Origin: Octopus vulgaris
Taxonomy: Eukaryota
Length of the DNA stretch: 64,000 nt
Assembly: GCA_951406725.2 (NCBI GenBank)
Contig: OX597815.1
Coordinates: 60,822,001-60,886,000, forward strand
Reading direction: 5' to 3'
The notes beneath the pieces were generated by a model, which worked only from the letters and a program-made list of their open reading frames with translations, made no database searches and was not told the DNA's origin. Below are positions 1 through 13,300 of the stretch, in pieces. The first letter of the stretch is position 1. The number at the start of each line of letters is the position of its first letter. The translations under genes and the position numbers were made by a program.

Positions 1-539
1 TTGGTGCAAAAAAATGGAACGAGAAAAAAGAAATGAAGTCAAGAACAATGGTCTTAATCCTCGCTGACTACAGAAAGCTCATTAAATGCAACTGGTTTAG
101 AGAAAAATAGCAGAAAATATGTCAAAGTCTACGAGACAGTAATTCAATCCGGATGGGGCGGTACCCTCCAATTCGATAAAAGGAAGCTGAATGTTGGAAT
201 TCGATAAAAGAATTTTAGAATTGCTGAATCGAAGAAGAATATGAGATATTTCTGCTAGGCATAAATTACATTTCTTCGATCCGTTAACATATGTCTTGGA
301 TTTCTTTACTATTCCCTACTTAGTTGTATGTGACATGGTGTTGCTCTTCAAATTCCAAAATTGGTTAGCCAACTTAGTTACGTTACTTTTAACAAGCTTT
401 CTGTAATCAGGGATGACGGGGATCTTAGTTTTTTTTATTTCGTTTCTTTTTTCTCCTATTATTTTGCTCCAAGCGTCTTTACATCTTTTTCTTATTTTCT
501 GACTGTCCTTGTTTTAAAAATAAATATAACGCATAAACA

Positions 540-627
540 GAGCCTGAAAGATTGCTTTAAGATACATGACGTACTTTATAGATGTGACTGTTCAAGTACG
601 ATAAAAGCATGAAACTATAAGTAGCTC
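540..627 (+). ncRNA. Type-I hammerhead ribozyme-like motif (slightly degenerate)
   Basis: GAGC-CTGAAAGA-T-TGCTTT...AAAGCA-T-GAAA-CTATAAG-TA-GCTC. Stem I is GAGC/GCTC, stem II is TGCTTT/AAAGCA; the core has one extra A; GUA cleavage triplet. Confidence 0.55.
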
Positions 628-825
628 ATTCGGTTGTGCATTTAAATTGATATTTATGTCACTGGATGGAGTACTTCTTTTGCACATTCTACCTCCATTG
701 CACCTTTAAACTGCACTGTGTATATATATGTGTATATACATACATACGTACGTACGTACATACACTCACACACATATATATATATGAAGTAAGTTAAAAA
801 TAGCGGAGATAATCCCTTACTATTT

Positions 826-1022
<197 letters not shown>

Positions 1023-1629
1023 TTTTCTCTCATACCAATGAAGTCTAATATAGTTAACCCCTTGATTTCCTAAGAAAATTGAAAAAAATTTGAATTAAAT
1101 TTGTAAGGGGATATCCCTTCCCTGTTAGTACAAGAACTGCTAGTTGTCTAGAACTGCTGACATCCCTGACAGCAGCACTGTACCCTGCCATGACCATTGT
1201 GGACACCCCTCTCTCTATCAAGTGGTTACAGACGAACACACAGACACAGTCTTTTCTGTTGCTTGACCATTAATACCTGCTATATCTCTCTCTCTTGCTG
1301 CCTTCGAAACACACTGCCACACATACATAGACGCACACACACATACATGAAAGCAATTTCTCACACTCAAACACTCTAGCACTCATTCTTAAAATAATTC
1401 AAATAAACACCAGTCATACAGAATACATTCACACTTTGATTTTCCTGTACTCCCCTTCTGCTAACCGGATTTTGACCTTGAATTATCTCAACGGGCCTTC
1501 TCGTCTGCTTTCACCCAGCCTGGCGTCAACGCATATAGATAGACAGTTTGTGCCATTTATTCCATGGGCTCCTCGTGAGCGTTTGTAGAAAAGCTTGCTG
1601 TGCATTTTGTTGGAGAATTAAGTTCCTGG

Positions 1630-1715
1630 ATTTTCCTGAAGAGAAGGCTTCAAAATGGACTCCTTATTCAATCCGAATTAGGGACTTTGCAGCCTTTGAA
1701 ACATATGTAGAAAAT
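1630..1715 (+). ncRNA. Type-I hammerhead ribozyme (fold-back family, solo copy)
   Basis: ATTTTC-CTGAAGA-GAAGGCT...AGCCTTT-GAAA-CATATG-TA-GAAAAT. Downstream tail AAGGAATTTTGTTAAATCTTCGTTCAGCTCCATTTCTTC is homologous to 37970-38010 and 59893-59935. Confidence 0.85.
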
Positions 1716-1770
1716 AATAAAAAGGAATTTTGTTAAATCTTCGTTCAGCTCCATTTCTTCCTACACTAAA

Positions 1771-1931
<161 letters not shown>

Positions 1932-2194
1932 CAATTCATAAATAAGGGCAAACGAAAAAAATTCTAATGCCAAATATGACGAAAAATTGGACATATTGTC
2001 CATTAACCATATAATTTTTTCACAATACGCATATAAATTTAACCTTTAAAGGTATTTTTTAATATGCTGGCCATTGATCAAAATTTTTTCGAAAAAAGTT
2101 TTATCCTACATTTGATATACATATATATATAAGAATCAAGTAAAAAAATGGGGAAGATAATCTCTCACCACTGGTTTTATATATTTATTTCTCC

Positions 2195-2561
2195 TTTTTG
2201 TCATTTGATTGCAACCATGCTGGGGCACCGCCTTGAAGAATTTTATAGTCGAATAAATCGACCCCAGGACATTTCTTTAAAGTCTAGTATTTATTAGATC
2301 GTTTTTTTTTTTTGCCATTTATGGGGACGTAAACACAACACCGGTTGTGAAGCGGTGGTGGGGACAAAGACACACAAAAATATATATACATATATACATA
2401 CAACGAGTTTCTTTACAGTTTCCATCTACCAAATCCACTCACAAGGTTTTGGTCGGCCCAAGACTAGCGAAGACACCTGCGTAATGTAGCACGCAGTGGG
2501 ACTGAACCCGAAACCATTTAAAAAGAGAAGCAAGCTTCTTACAACTGTCACGCCTGCACCT
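2195..2561 (-). mobile_element. tRNA-derived SINE with CR1-type 3' tail
   Basis: Minus-strand head has a B-box-like GGTTCAGTCCC (near 2497-2507). 3' tail reads GGCGGTGCCCCAGCATGG..CAATCAAATGACA. Homologous to 63715-64000. Confidence 0.8.
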
Positions 2562-2817
2562 ATATATAATATATATAAATTTAAATTTATATTAATAAGG
2601 ATAAGGTCGTTAATTTAAATTAAATAACGATCTTATCAAGTGGCCAGCATGGAAATAAAAACCTTCAAAGGTAATAATTATTATTAAAATTATAACTTAG
2701 AGTATGTACGAGATACCGCCATGCTGAAAATAGCAGCCAGGATCTGACATTAAGACCACATTAAGTGTTCATATAGCACAAGGAGACAAAATAAAACTAG
2801 TAAAACATTACTGGATA

Positions 2818-2876
2818 ATTCCAGATCCCGGATATCTGGCTTTGCATTTAGAAATGCTTTGCCTCATCAGTAGAAT
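2818..2876 (-). ncRNA. Degenerate hammerhead ribozyme motif in a PLE-type tail
   Basis: Minus strand: ATTCTA-CTGATGA-GGC...GCC-A-GATA-TCCGGGA-TC-TGGAAT. GAAA is mutated to GATA. Confidence 0.5.
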
Positions 2877-2896
2877 ATACGCAGAGAGAAACATAA

Positions 2897-2955
<59 letters not shown>

Positions 2956-3084
2956 CGAATACTTACATATACGAACGCATACATACATATATATGCACGT
3001 ATACAACATGACCAGTTTAAAATGCCCGATGAGTTCAAAATTTACAGTTCAAGTTAGCATGTTGAATTGTTGGTTTTTAAAAGG

Positions 3085-4456
3085 TTGTTGTTACATTACG
3101 TATGGTTACTGCCGTTTGTTTCGATTGTATTGTTATTACATTGTTGCAGTTTATTCGTTTATCTATAAGGATATAACAACTGGCGACGAGGAATCGTTCG
3201 AAACTCACATTCGTTATTTGACAATTTTTGCCTCATGGAAAACCTATTAGGCGCAGTAGTACAGCTCCAAGAGAAGTAACAGGAACAACTACAGGGGCTG
3301 CAAAAACATAAACGAAAACAACAACAACAATTAATTGAGTTACAGCCAGCGAAGTCCGAAAATCCAGTAAGCTCGTTTACGCCAGACAGCGTGGCTGACC
3401 CAATTTCTGAGTTTACGTATAAATTCTCGTGAACAACATGTAGAACACATAAAAGCTGTGTTTAAGAAAATTAAAGTTTTCGGGTTCAATTTTAGTGAAG
3501 AAAAATGCGAATTCTTTCTACCCCAAACTAAGTACTCAGGGCAAATAATTGATAAAAGTGGTAGACGTCCTGACCTGTCGAGGGCTGACACAATAAAGAA
3601 TATGCCTGCACCGACAGATATTCCAAGCGTTTCTTCGGTTGGCAAACTATTATCAAATCTGCATTCCTAATATGCACAAGTTAAGAGCGCCAATGAACGA
3701 CTTATTAAGAAAAGGAGTAAAGTGGAATTGGTCCACTAAATGCCAGAACACTTTTGAAGAAATCTCAGACTTGTCGTTAACGTATTACGATCCCGAAATG
3801 GACATCATTGTAACGTCTGATGCTTCCGAGCACGGATTAGGTGCAGTTCTACTTCATAAATACGACGACGGAAGTACAAGACCAGTGGTTCATGTTTCGC
3901 AGGCCCTAGCAATTATTTCTGCAGTTAAAAAATTTAACAGGTTTCTGCATGGCAGAAGTTTTTTTATTGCGAACAGAACATAGACATTTGCTGTCGATTT
4001 ATGGGTTTAAAAAAGGGCTATACTGCGAACCGCCTGTAACCTTGGGGGTGTAACATTACTAAATTATAATTTCAAAATGCAATACATTACATCAAAAAGA
4101 AACTGGTCATGAAGACTGCCTTTCGAGATTAATTCCAAAAATATGGAATCACTAGAAGAGACTATTATAGCCGCACCGCAGTGTGGATTTAAAAGTGTTA
4201 CGATGAACGTTATCCAAGAACTACAAGTGACGGCACAGGATATATGAATGAAAGCTGTAGATGATGAGTATATTACGAAAATAATCAGAATAAAAACTCA
4301 TACGCCAGTAGTTTTTCAATTTGCGACGATATTCTGATGTATACTCAAAGGGTGGTGGTTCCAACTACATTACAAAAACTGTATTGCAACAATTTCATAG
4401 CGGACATTCAGGAATGGCAATGATGAAGGCTCTGATGAGATGTTGTCTATTGGCCA
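3085..4456 (+). mobile_element. Gypsy (Mag-like) LTR retrotransposon remnant
   Basis: LTR-like end ...ATAACA, then AC, then PBS TGGCGACGAGGA (3181-3192). RT/RNase H pieces KCEFF..KYSGQII and VTSDASEHGLGAVL; integrase zinc-finger start FHSGHSGMAMMKALMR near 4395-4440. Many stops and frameshifts. LTR start is uncertain. Confidence 0.85.
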
Positions 4457-5400
4457 CTGTGAATTCCTGCTCTGTTCTTGTCTCCTTTACCTCGACGTGA
4501 ACCACTTGGTCTACACTCTCCTGCTCCTCAGTCTGTTCCATCTGTTGTTCCTTTTCTCTCTGGGGGCACCTCGCCTTCATGTGGCCTTTTTCTCTACATA
4601 AGCAGCATATGGGAGGCCTACCCTCCACCACCACTCTCAGTCTTATATCATCGAGCAGAACTATTTCTTTTGCAATTCTGTTGAGATCTTCCAAACTCGC
4701 TTGTATGGTCATCTCTATACCATGCCCCCAATAATTCAACCTTTTGGTTCTCGTTACCTAGAGTATCTTGGCATCCTCCTCCATGTTAAACATTATGGCT
4801 GCCATCTGCCATGTTTTCTTTATCTCTGGGGATACTTTGCCAACTCTTACCCTGGCTTGCCATAGTACGTCGTCAAAAGTACCCATTCTTCCTTCTTTAT
4901 TGCTTCCGTGGAGTGCTTAATCGCTTCGTCCTCCGTCGCAAAACGCACCTCCACTATGCCATACCTCCTTCCACATGTGATGAACGTGGTCAGCTTCCTG
5001 ATTTCCTTCAAGTATTCCTCAATAACTTCAATAGGTGCTATTTTAATCTTACTTGTTGATATCTTCAGTGTTTTGAAAATCACTGTCCTCTTTGTTACAC
5101 TGCTTGTGAATTCCCCAGGCGGCGTTAATCACAACGTTTTTCAATAGTTTCTCACATACTTTCATCTTTTTCGGCTCCACTTTTACTTCACGCACCTCCA
5201 AAGCTTCAACTTCTATTTCTTTACCAGTTGCTGCCGAATAGCTGTGGCCTCCTGCTGGCACTTTCTCCAATAGGGCAAAAACAAACAATTCAACAGTAAC
5301 AGTAACAGCAATTTCAAAAGTAACAATCAATAATCTTGTGTACATCCACGACAGGAGACCTTCAACAAATATTTAACAAGGTGACTTACGTCTAACAACA
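4457..5400 (-). pseudogene. Gag-like ORF1 remnant of a non-LTR retrotransposon (zinc knuckle)
   Basis: CLCREKGHMKARC matches a CX2CX4HX4C knuckle. Upstream fragments resemble an RRM (GIVEVRFATEDEA). It truncates the Gypsy integrase. Confidence 0.6.
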
Positions 5401-5479
5401 ATCAAAAATACGAAAAAATTAACTCCAATTGATACAAATATCTCTCACCGCCTACTACGCACACCGGTACCTTCACGTA

Positions 5480-6776
5480 CGAGGGGCGTTCAATAAGTAA
5501 TGCCCCTGACCCACTTGCAGTTGTTTGATCTAGCTGAAATTTTGCATGTGCAATTATTTATATCTCTATAGATTAAGTGGCAAATTACAGCTATGAAATA
5601 ATTGCGGTTTCTGATTTACAGGTGTTTGAACTGAGTCAAGTGTGAAATGGAGCCTGTTGAGTGTCAAGCAGTGATCCGGTTTTTGTATTTGAAAGGCCGC
5701 ACAACACGGGAGACTTTTGATGAAATGAAAGTAACTTATGGTGATGATGTCCCATCATATGACCTTGTAAAACGCTGGCATCGTGAATTCAAACATAGTC
5801 GGAACTCTGTGGAAACAGCTCACAGATCTAGTCGCCCTCCCCCCTTCTGCCATTGATGAGGCATCTGTCCGTCAAGTTGAGGCTGCCATTTTGGAAGATC
5901 GACGCAAAACTATTCGCCAAATAGCCCGTGAGGTCACGATTAGAACCAGGTCTGTGGAAACTATCATTCATGACCATTTGCATATGCAAAAGGTGTCTGC
6001 TAGATGGATTCCCAGGCTGCTCACGCCTTTCCAGAAGCAAGAACGCGTCGAGTGCTCAAGGATGAATTTGGAGATGTGCCAAGAAGATGAGTCAAAATTT
6101 TTCAAAAGACTGATTACACAGGATGAAGCCTGGGTCCATCACGATGATCCAGAGACCAAAGCCCAGTCAATGCAGTGGAAGCACCGTGACTCACCTCCTC
6201 CAAAGAAGGTAAGGGTGCAGCCCTCCGCTGGCAAGGTCATGCTCACAGTCTTCTGGGAGCAGGACGGAGTAGTGATGACATATTTCCTGGCAAAGGGTAC
6301 CACAGTTACAGGAGCCTATTATGCTTCACTTTTGAGGAAATTAAGAGAAGCTATCAAAATGAAGAGGCAAGGCAAGATCAGCAAAGGCATCTTCCTCCTG
6401 CAGGACAACGCTCCGGTCCACAACTCGCGTGTCGCCAGATCAGAAGCACAGGCGTGCGGCTATGAACTCCTCCCCCATCCCCCCTACTCTCCTGACCTTG
6501 CACCCTCTGATTTTCACCTCTTCCCAGCCATGAAGTTGTTTTTGAAAGGAAAGCGTTTCCCAGATGATGCAGCCTTGATTTCTGAAGTCACGTCGTGGTT
6601 GGAGGACCAAGCTGGGGTCTTCTACAAAAACGGTCTCCAGAGCTTCATCAAACGATGGAAGAAATGCATAACTCTGGGTGGTTCCTATGTAGAAAAAGCC
6701 TAATAACTGTGCCAAGTTTCGTTGCTCTACTGCTATGGGAAGTGGGTCAGGGGCATTACTTATTGAACGCCCCTCG
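5480..6776 (+). mobile_element. Full-length mariner (DD34D) DNA transposon, 1297 bp
   Basis: Perfect 37-bp TIRs CGAGGGGCGTTCAATAAGTAATGCCCCTGACCCACTT (5480-5516 and 6740-6776). TA duplication at 5478-5479 and 6777-6778. Confidence 0.97.
5647..6703 (+). pseudogene. Mariner transposase with a single +1 frameshift
   Basis: N-terminal HTH ORF 5647-5856 joins the 5783-6703 frame across the C-run near 5835-5844. Motifs WIPRLLT, TQDEAW, QDNAPVH, YSPDLAPSD; 34 residues between the 2nd and 3rd Asp. Confidence 0.92.
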
Positions 6777-6939
6777 TACATATCTTTACTTAGAGTGATT
6801 AGTTTATTTCATTCGTCTCGTGTGAGGGGTTACCATTATTACTAATTCCCCACAACAGTATAGAATGTATGTATATATAAAGAGAGATTGATGCAGATAA
6901 ACAGAATTATACACACACACACACACACACACATACAAA

Positions 6940-6981
<42 letters not shown>

Positions 6982-7099
6982 TATAAATATAATATATATA
7001 AATATATATATTAATATATATATATAATATGTATATGTATGTATAATATATATTATACATACATATGCATAATATATATGATTCATTTGGGCCACGCAA

Positions 7100-7351
7100 G
7101 CAAAATAGTAAAATGGGGATCTATTAAAGGTCCATAAAAAAATATTTGCTGCATATTTATTCATTATAAGAAACATCAGAATTTCTTTCTCTAACGTCTG
7201 ACATAGTTCAACCTACACAAGTGAATGTGGGAATAACAAAACGGAAAATTTGGAAGAAGTATTTTTAAACATCGAATCGCTATGGGGATCTACCATAGTT
7301 AAATAGTAATCAAAGGGGTCCACAGGTAAAAAAAAGAGTTGAGAACCGCAG
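7100..7351. mobile_element. hAT-type MITE right end (decayed)
   Basis: GGGGTCCAC..AAAAAGAGTTGAGAACCGCAG resembles a hAT/Charlie terminus. Left end not found. Confidence 0.4.
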
Positions 7352-8730
7352 ATCCGGCCAATCAATCTAGAATTATATTATTGTGTTGCGTAGAAAAGGC
7401 ACCGGCCATGATATTTACTCAGTCTTCGAGACCGGAAGGTGGGGGTAGAGTGAGGTAGTTAGAATGTGTTACCAGAGTGGACTCTACTATATGTACTTAA
7501 CAGCCAGGTAGGGGTGTTGAATGACAGACTGACCATACGACAAATGGTCAACAACCCAGTTTCGTCTTCCAAATTTCGCAGTCGGAGGTAATTTGGTGTA
7601 GATTCACCTGTTGTTTCTAGTCAATCGAGAGATAAACTTAAAAGCTTCTTCGCTTATTTTATGTCAGGTGTTATTGTGAGAAGTAGAAAGGACGGATCTC
7701 ATACTAATATTTATCGTGTCCGCCCTTTCTACCTCTTCTGTCAATTCACCACCGACATAGTTATATTTTTGCTATTGTTGTTGCTATTCTTGTTGTAACT
7801 GCTGCCGTTGTTAATGTCGTCTTTGTTGTTAGTGTTGTTGCTGTTGGTACTGGTGCTGCTCCAAAAGAGAGGATCAGGTTGTGAAATCAAAACGAAATTC
7901 TAACTTACTTCACTTCTGTCGCCGAACTTCCACAACGATGGCATCCACTGAGCAATGGCGAAAAGAATAACAAATAAAATGAAATGAAAATAAAAGGCAA
8001 CTAAGCCAGCTTTAAGGATTTGCAATATTGTTGTTGATGTTGTTGTTGTTGTTCTGGTGATGGTGATGTTGATGGTGGTGGCGGTGGTTGCGGTAGTTGT
8101 GATGGTGCTGGGGGCAGCGGTGGCAGCTGTGGTGGTGAAGGCTATGGCAGAGGTGGTCGGAGTTGTGGTGGTGGCGGTGGAAGACAGTGATAGACTAATT
8201 CCGCGCTGACAAGTGGAGCCACACCGATTAAAAGTGCACATGATGTGTAGAAGGCACAGCGCTTCTATTTACACCCGTTAAGCACGCAGAGTACTTAAGG
8301 TTTCCTCCTCTACACTGCACCGCCCCCATCCTCTGCCTGCTGCCGTAAAGAAGGCGAGATTTTTATCAAATTCTTTGAGATTAAAGAATGACTCACAAAC
8401 TGCCAGGCGTATGTGTGCACCTAGGCGCACATGCTTATATGTGTATATATGTCTATGTATGTTTGTGTCTATATGTATATATGTTTATGTATGCTTGCAA
8501 GCATATATGTATGAATGCATGCATATATGTATTTATATATGTATGCGTATACATGCATATATATATATATATATATATATAAATTTATATATAGAGGGCA
8601 TTATACATACATGCCAGAAGGCATTATACATACATGCCAAACGCTAAGAGGGACAATTAGTCATTTCTACCAAAAATATTACTAATCCCACCGAATGCAA
8701 TTTTTCAAAGTAAGACATTTAAAAAATATA

Positions 8731-8776
8731 GACCTGTATCACAGTGATTTCATACTTACGTACTCATCAGCAGGCC
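8731..8776 (-). ncRNA. Minimal type-I hammerhead ribozyme
   Basis: Minus strand: GGCCTG-CTGATGA-GTAC-GTAA-GTAT-GAAA-TCAC-T-GTGA-TA-CAGGTC. All three stems pair. Confidence 0.85.
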
Positions 8777-8940
8777 TGAATGCATTATAAATAAACAACG
8801 ACCCTGCCCCGCTTAAGTCGATCAGCTAACTGTTCAACATCAACGAAGCACATGGGTGAGTTTACATATATTACATCCGGTCAAATGGCAAACTTTTACG
8901 AATTGCATTTCGGGAGAGGAAAAGTTTTTTCGGAATAAAA

Positions 8941-9173
<233 letters not shown>

Positions 9174-9499
9174 GTGTGAATATGTGTGCTATGGAAAGCC
9201 TAGCTCGATACATCGTGATGTCGAGTTTCTCAATTCCGCTCTTCGGGCGAGGAAACAATACAGAATATTAGGATAACATATAAAACCCATATTTTGGTTG
9301 TTCGAAATTTTGTGTTGTATGAGACTGGAGTAAAACTGACATTGGGCATTTTCTGGTTTTGCAGATAGTACTGATTATCATTTCTTAGTGGTATGTGTAG
9401 ACAAACTCAATTCATATATACACATACGTACAAACATACATACATACATACATACTCTTCTTGCTTAATTTAACATTCAATATGAACGTAGGAAGGGAA

Positions 9500-10330
9500 T
9501 CTTTATACTTGGTATGTATTTTCTCAAAAAGAGAGAGCTGTGGTGTACCAAGATATTCAATAGAAACACCTTAAAGTTTAGCTATTCTTAGTAAAACGAC
9601 TTCGCCTCGTTGCGAAAATACACACTGAAAGGCAATATAAGTTAAGATCGATAAATGTAATTGTATAGACCCTAGCAACTGCCTGCTTAATAACGGTTTG
9701 GCCAAAGAGAAGTGTAATGAGTTACACTCCCAAGTGTTGGTAGCCCTCCTTGTAAATTTACTAGACCAACAAAAACAGCTTCAAGGCGAATTTTCGTCTA
9801 CACATGGATTCATTTAAATTTCCGAATAAGTGATCCTCAACGAGTATTTAGCTATTGAAATAATCTGTTTTAGGTTCTTTTAAAATCTAATGTTCAATGC
9901 CGCAATACTATCCGGATATGTTGCCTGTAAGTGAGAAGTGCTTTGTTCCACTTCAGGATAAATCGGTTTTAAACCCGGAATATGAATCGTTAAATCGTTG
10001 CGAACATTCTTCGAAATATTTTGGTTTCGGGACCTCTTTCACTGAATGGATGACATGTATAGCTATTCTTCTCCCTTATCCGTTCTTACAATTACCATTA
10101 ATATTATTAGGAAATATGTTAGGAATCATGTCTAATATTTTATCGACCGTCTTATCTCATTCTTTTTTTACGTAACGATTTTTACATAGCTGTTACAATC
10201 ATCGATCATTATATAAGTTTTTCTTATAACTTTTACAAAAGGCTTTTTTTATAATTATTGCCCTGGTTTCGAATTTATTTAATTCTTCGTTTCTATACAC
10301 TTTTAATGTGGTTTCCCACCATTTCAGACC
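9500..10330 (-). pseudogene. Highly decayed PLE reverse transcriptase N-terminal region
   Basis: Manual translation gives VIVRTDKG (ADKG-like motif) near 10070-10095, followed by KYFEECSQRFNDSY. Many stops. Confidence 0.35.
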
Positions 10331-10658
10331 GTGACTTTTGACTTGTTTTGTGTGCGTCTGTGTCGTCGTTTTGTTTATATGACACCTAAGAAAAGTACAA
10401 AACAATCCTATTATCCTTCACCCGCCGTTAGGTCTCTCCCTCTGCCTAACTTCTCAGATTTACTCCACTCTTCTGCCCATCCTTCCTTCCATACAAACAT
10501 ACAATGCATATTTTTATCTCATTCACACCCTTCGCCTTCTATACAGCTCCACTATATTGTTTTAAATCGAAGTTACGTATCGATATACAAAATGTGTGTA
10601 CGTGTGTATATACATGTAAATGTGTATCGTGTGTGTGTGTGTGTGTGTGCGTGTGTGC

Positions 10659-10728
<70 letters not shown>

Positions 10729-11047
10729 TGTAGGTGAACATCAAGGCTGGGTATATCGGAATGGAGTTTGGTTTCTGCTAAATATATTGATATCAGACAG
10801 TGTTATCTTTTACTTCCGCTCTGTGAAACAGACTGTGACACCAGTTTTTAAGATACATATGCACACATATGCACATTCATAACGTATACACACACACACA
10901 CAACGTACATATTCTCACTCATAAATAGAGATATATCTTGAAGTAGAAACACACTTGCACAAAACCCACAATTATAACAGGATATAAGAATAGATATATC
11001 CATTCAGGAGTATCTGTGTTTGTATAACTATTTCAGTGCGTGTTACG

Positions 11048-11106
<59 letters not shown>

Positions 11107-11465
11107 GTAAGTATGTATGTATGTATGTATATGCATATATGTATATGTATGTGTGTATATATGTATGTAAGTATGTATGTATGCATGTATCTATGTTTGC
11201 CTATGTATATATACATATATCACATAAACACCATATATATGTGTGTATGTATGTAAATATATATGTGTGTGTGTGTGTGTACGCGTGCATATGTGCGTGC
11301 TCGCACGCGTATGTGGATATGAATCCTAGATATGAATTATCTCTTCAACAGTCTCATGCGATATTTCCAGTATGATATTACTAAGAATTTTGGCAATAAC
11401 AGTACATATCGCTATAACGTGTGGCGATATCAGTATATATCACTACTGTCAGTGGTATTATCAAT

Positions 11466-11501
<36 letters not shown>

Positions 11502-11599
11502 CTTGTATGTACAGTTAGTTGTACGGCTACAATCGTATGATTTAGAGCTCCACGTAGATTATACAAGTCTGCATTTTTAAATGAAGTAAATGATGATTG

Positions 11600-13300
11600 T
11601 CAACTAGTAGGTGACTCTGAATCATATTTAATGCTTGTTTCAAATATGTTTTTAGCTTTTGCCTATTATGTACAAATTTTGCACAAATGGTTGCCAAAGA
11701 TATGATGATTTTTCTTGTCATTCATTCCCTTTTGTGGCAGACTTTTAGATAAAAATATCATGAAATTAAGAACAAATGACTAGGGCAATAATAAAAAAGA
11801 TATGAATAGTATGTAGGCCTACATATTGACTAAGAATATTTCTTTTAATGCACTTACCATAGCTTTAAAGTAATTTTATATTTTTTCAAACTTCCTTTAT
11901 CTTGATTTCCTTCCAGCTTTTGTAGTTGCTTGCAGTCTCTCTTTAGGGTCCAGCAGTAATCTGCCATCATGTTTACATTCCACCCCCCTCACTGGTATCT
12001 CCACTCCATTTCTTTAGTGTCCTGGTGAAATTACTCACCATGCTCTTCACTCAGGTTGCCAAGGTACTCTGGGAAATAGTTAAGGTGTGAGAGAAGTAAG
12101 TGCATTTTAACATTCATGTTGCACCCATACATTTTGAATTTTTGCAACATGGTATCAACTACGACTTTGTAATTTGAACACTTATTGTTTCCCCAAAAGT
12201 TCTCGACAACACACTTGCAACTCATTCATCCGTTTTTGAGATTCATTCAAGGATTTCTCACAATCTGGACTCCTGCTTTAATTTTCTCACTGGTTATAAT
12301 TGGGAATTGTTTCTGAGAGATACTGCAAACATAGTCCATTTGCAGGCAAAGATTTAACGAACTGTTTCATCAAACTCAGTTTGATGTGCAACGGTGGTAG
12401 CAGTAGTTTTGTAGGTTCTATCAAGGGCTTGTGCAGAATGTTTTTGGATCCAGGTAACAAACTTCTCCTTTGTGGCCAGTTCTTCACCATCCAATGCTTT
12501 TCGTTAGCTCTGCTGTTCAAATCACATAAAAACATAGCCTTTTAGTGTAGGCTGCCTGCCTGTTGGCCTAAAAGCATGCTTATAATTTTGAAATCTCCAC
12601 ACACTTGCGAGTGGTATTCTACATACTTTACATTTAACAAAAGTTTTTTAGAGTTTCATTAGTCACCTTTAGTTGTACAGAATGTGTCACTGCGATGGAT
12701 GAATACTTATTTTCATTGTGTAGCAAAACAACCTTCAAACTTTGGAGGAATCAATGAACAGGCTCCGTTCAGAGGGATTGCTCTCAATCTCAATATAGTT
12801 TAGCGGGTTTGGAATATTATAGCAAAATACCACTGATTCATCTGCAGCAAAGAATGGTAACAACTTGTGTTCCCTGTTACGATAGCTAGAGAAGAAGGTT
12901 CCCGGTAACAAAATCTTTTTTCATTTTCAGCCTAGAACCAAGAAGTTCCGCTGTAGATTCAAATCTCTCACCAAATCATTGAGCTCTTTCTGTGTAAATA
13001 ACTGCAGACTTAAGATTTTGTCAGGAGTGTAGTCATCCCCTTCTTCACATTTGCCATCATCATCATTATCTGATGCAACATTCTTCAAAGCAAGTGCTGG
13101 GAGAGGAACTGCAATGTCAACCCCATGTGCAATAGGCCGTATAACCGATGGCATACTATATTATGTTTATTTTTTGCGCTGTACCCATCAACTTTACTAA
13201 CGCAGTAATAACAATCGTCAGCGTGTTTACTCGGCTCTCGTCACACTGTTGGTATTCCAAAGGGCATTTCGTTTTTTCTTACCGGCTTTCCAGCGGCAAC
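11600..13300 (-). mobile_element. Chapaev3-like (CMC superfamily) transposase relic
   Basis: Motifs MPFGIPTV*REPSKHADDCYYC (about 13200-13268), LLPPLHIKLSLMKQFVKSL, GCNMNVKMHLLLSHLNYFPE..LSEEHGE*FHQD..ME..YQ and MMADYCW. Family assignment is from motif recall. Confidence 0.7.

Noticed and set aside
5647-6703. SETMAR host gene
   Set aside because: No SET domain; bounded by TIRs and a TA TSD, so it is a free mariner.
7900-8241. Thr-rich mucin-like ORF
   Set aside because: Degenerate (GTT/GGT)n low-complexity sequence with no splice or domain support.
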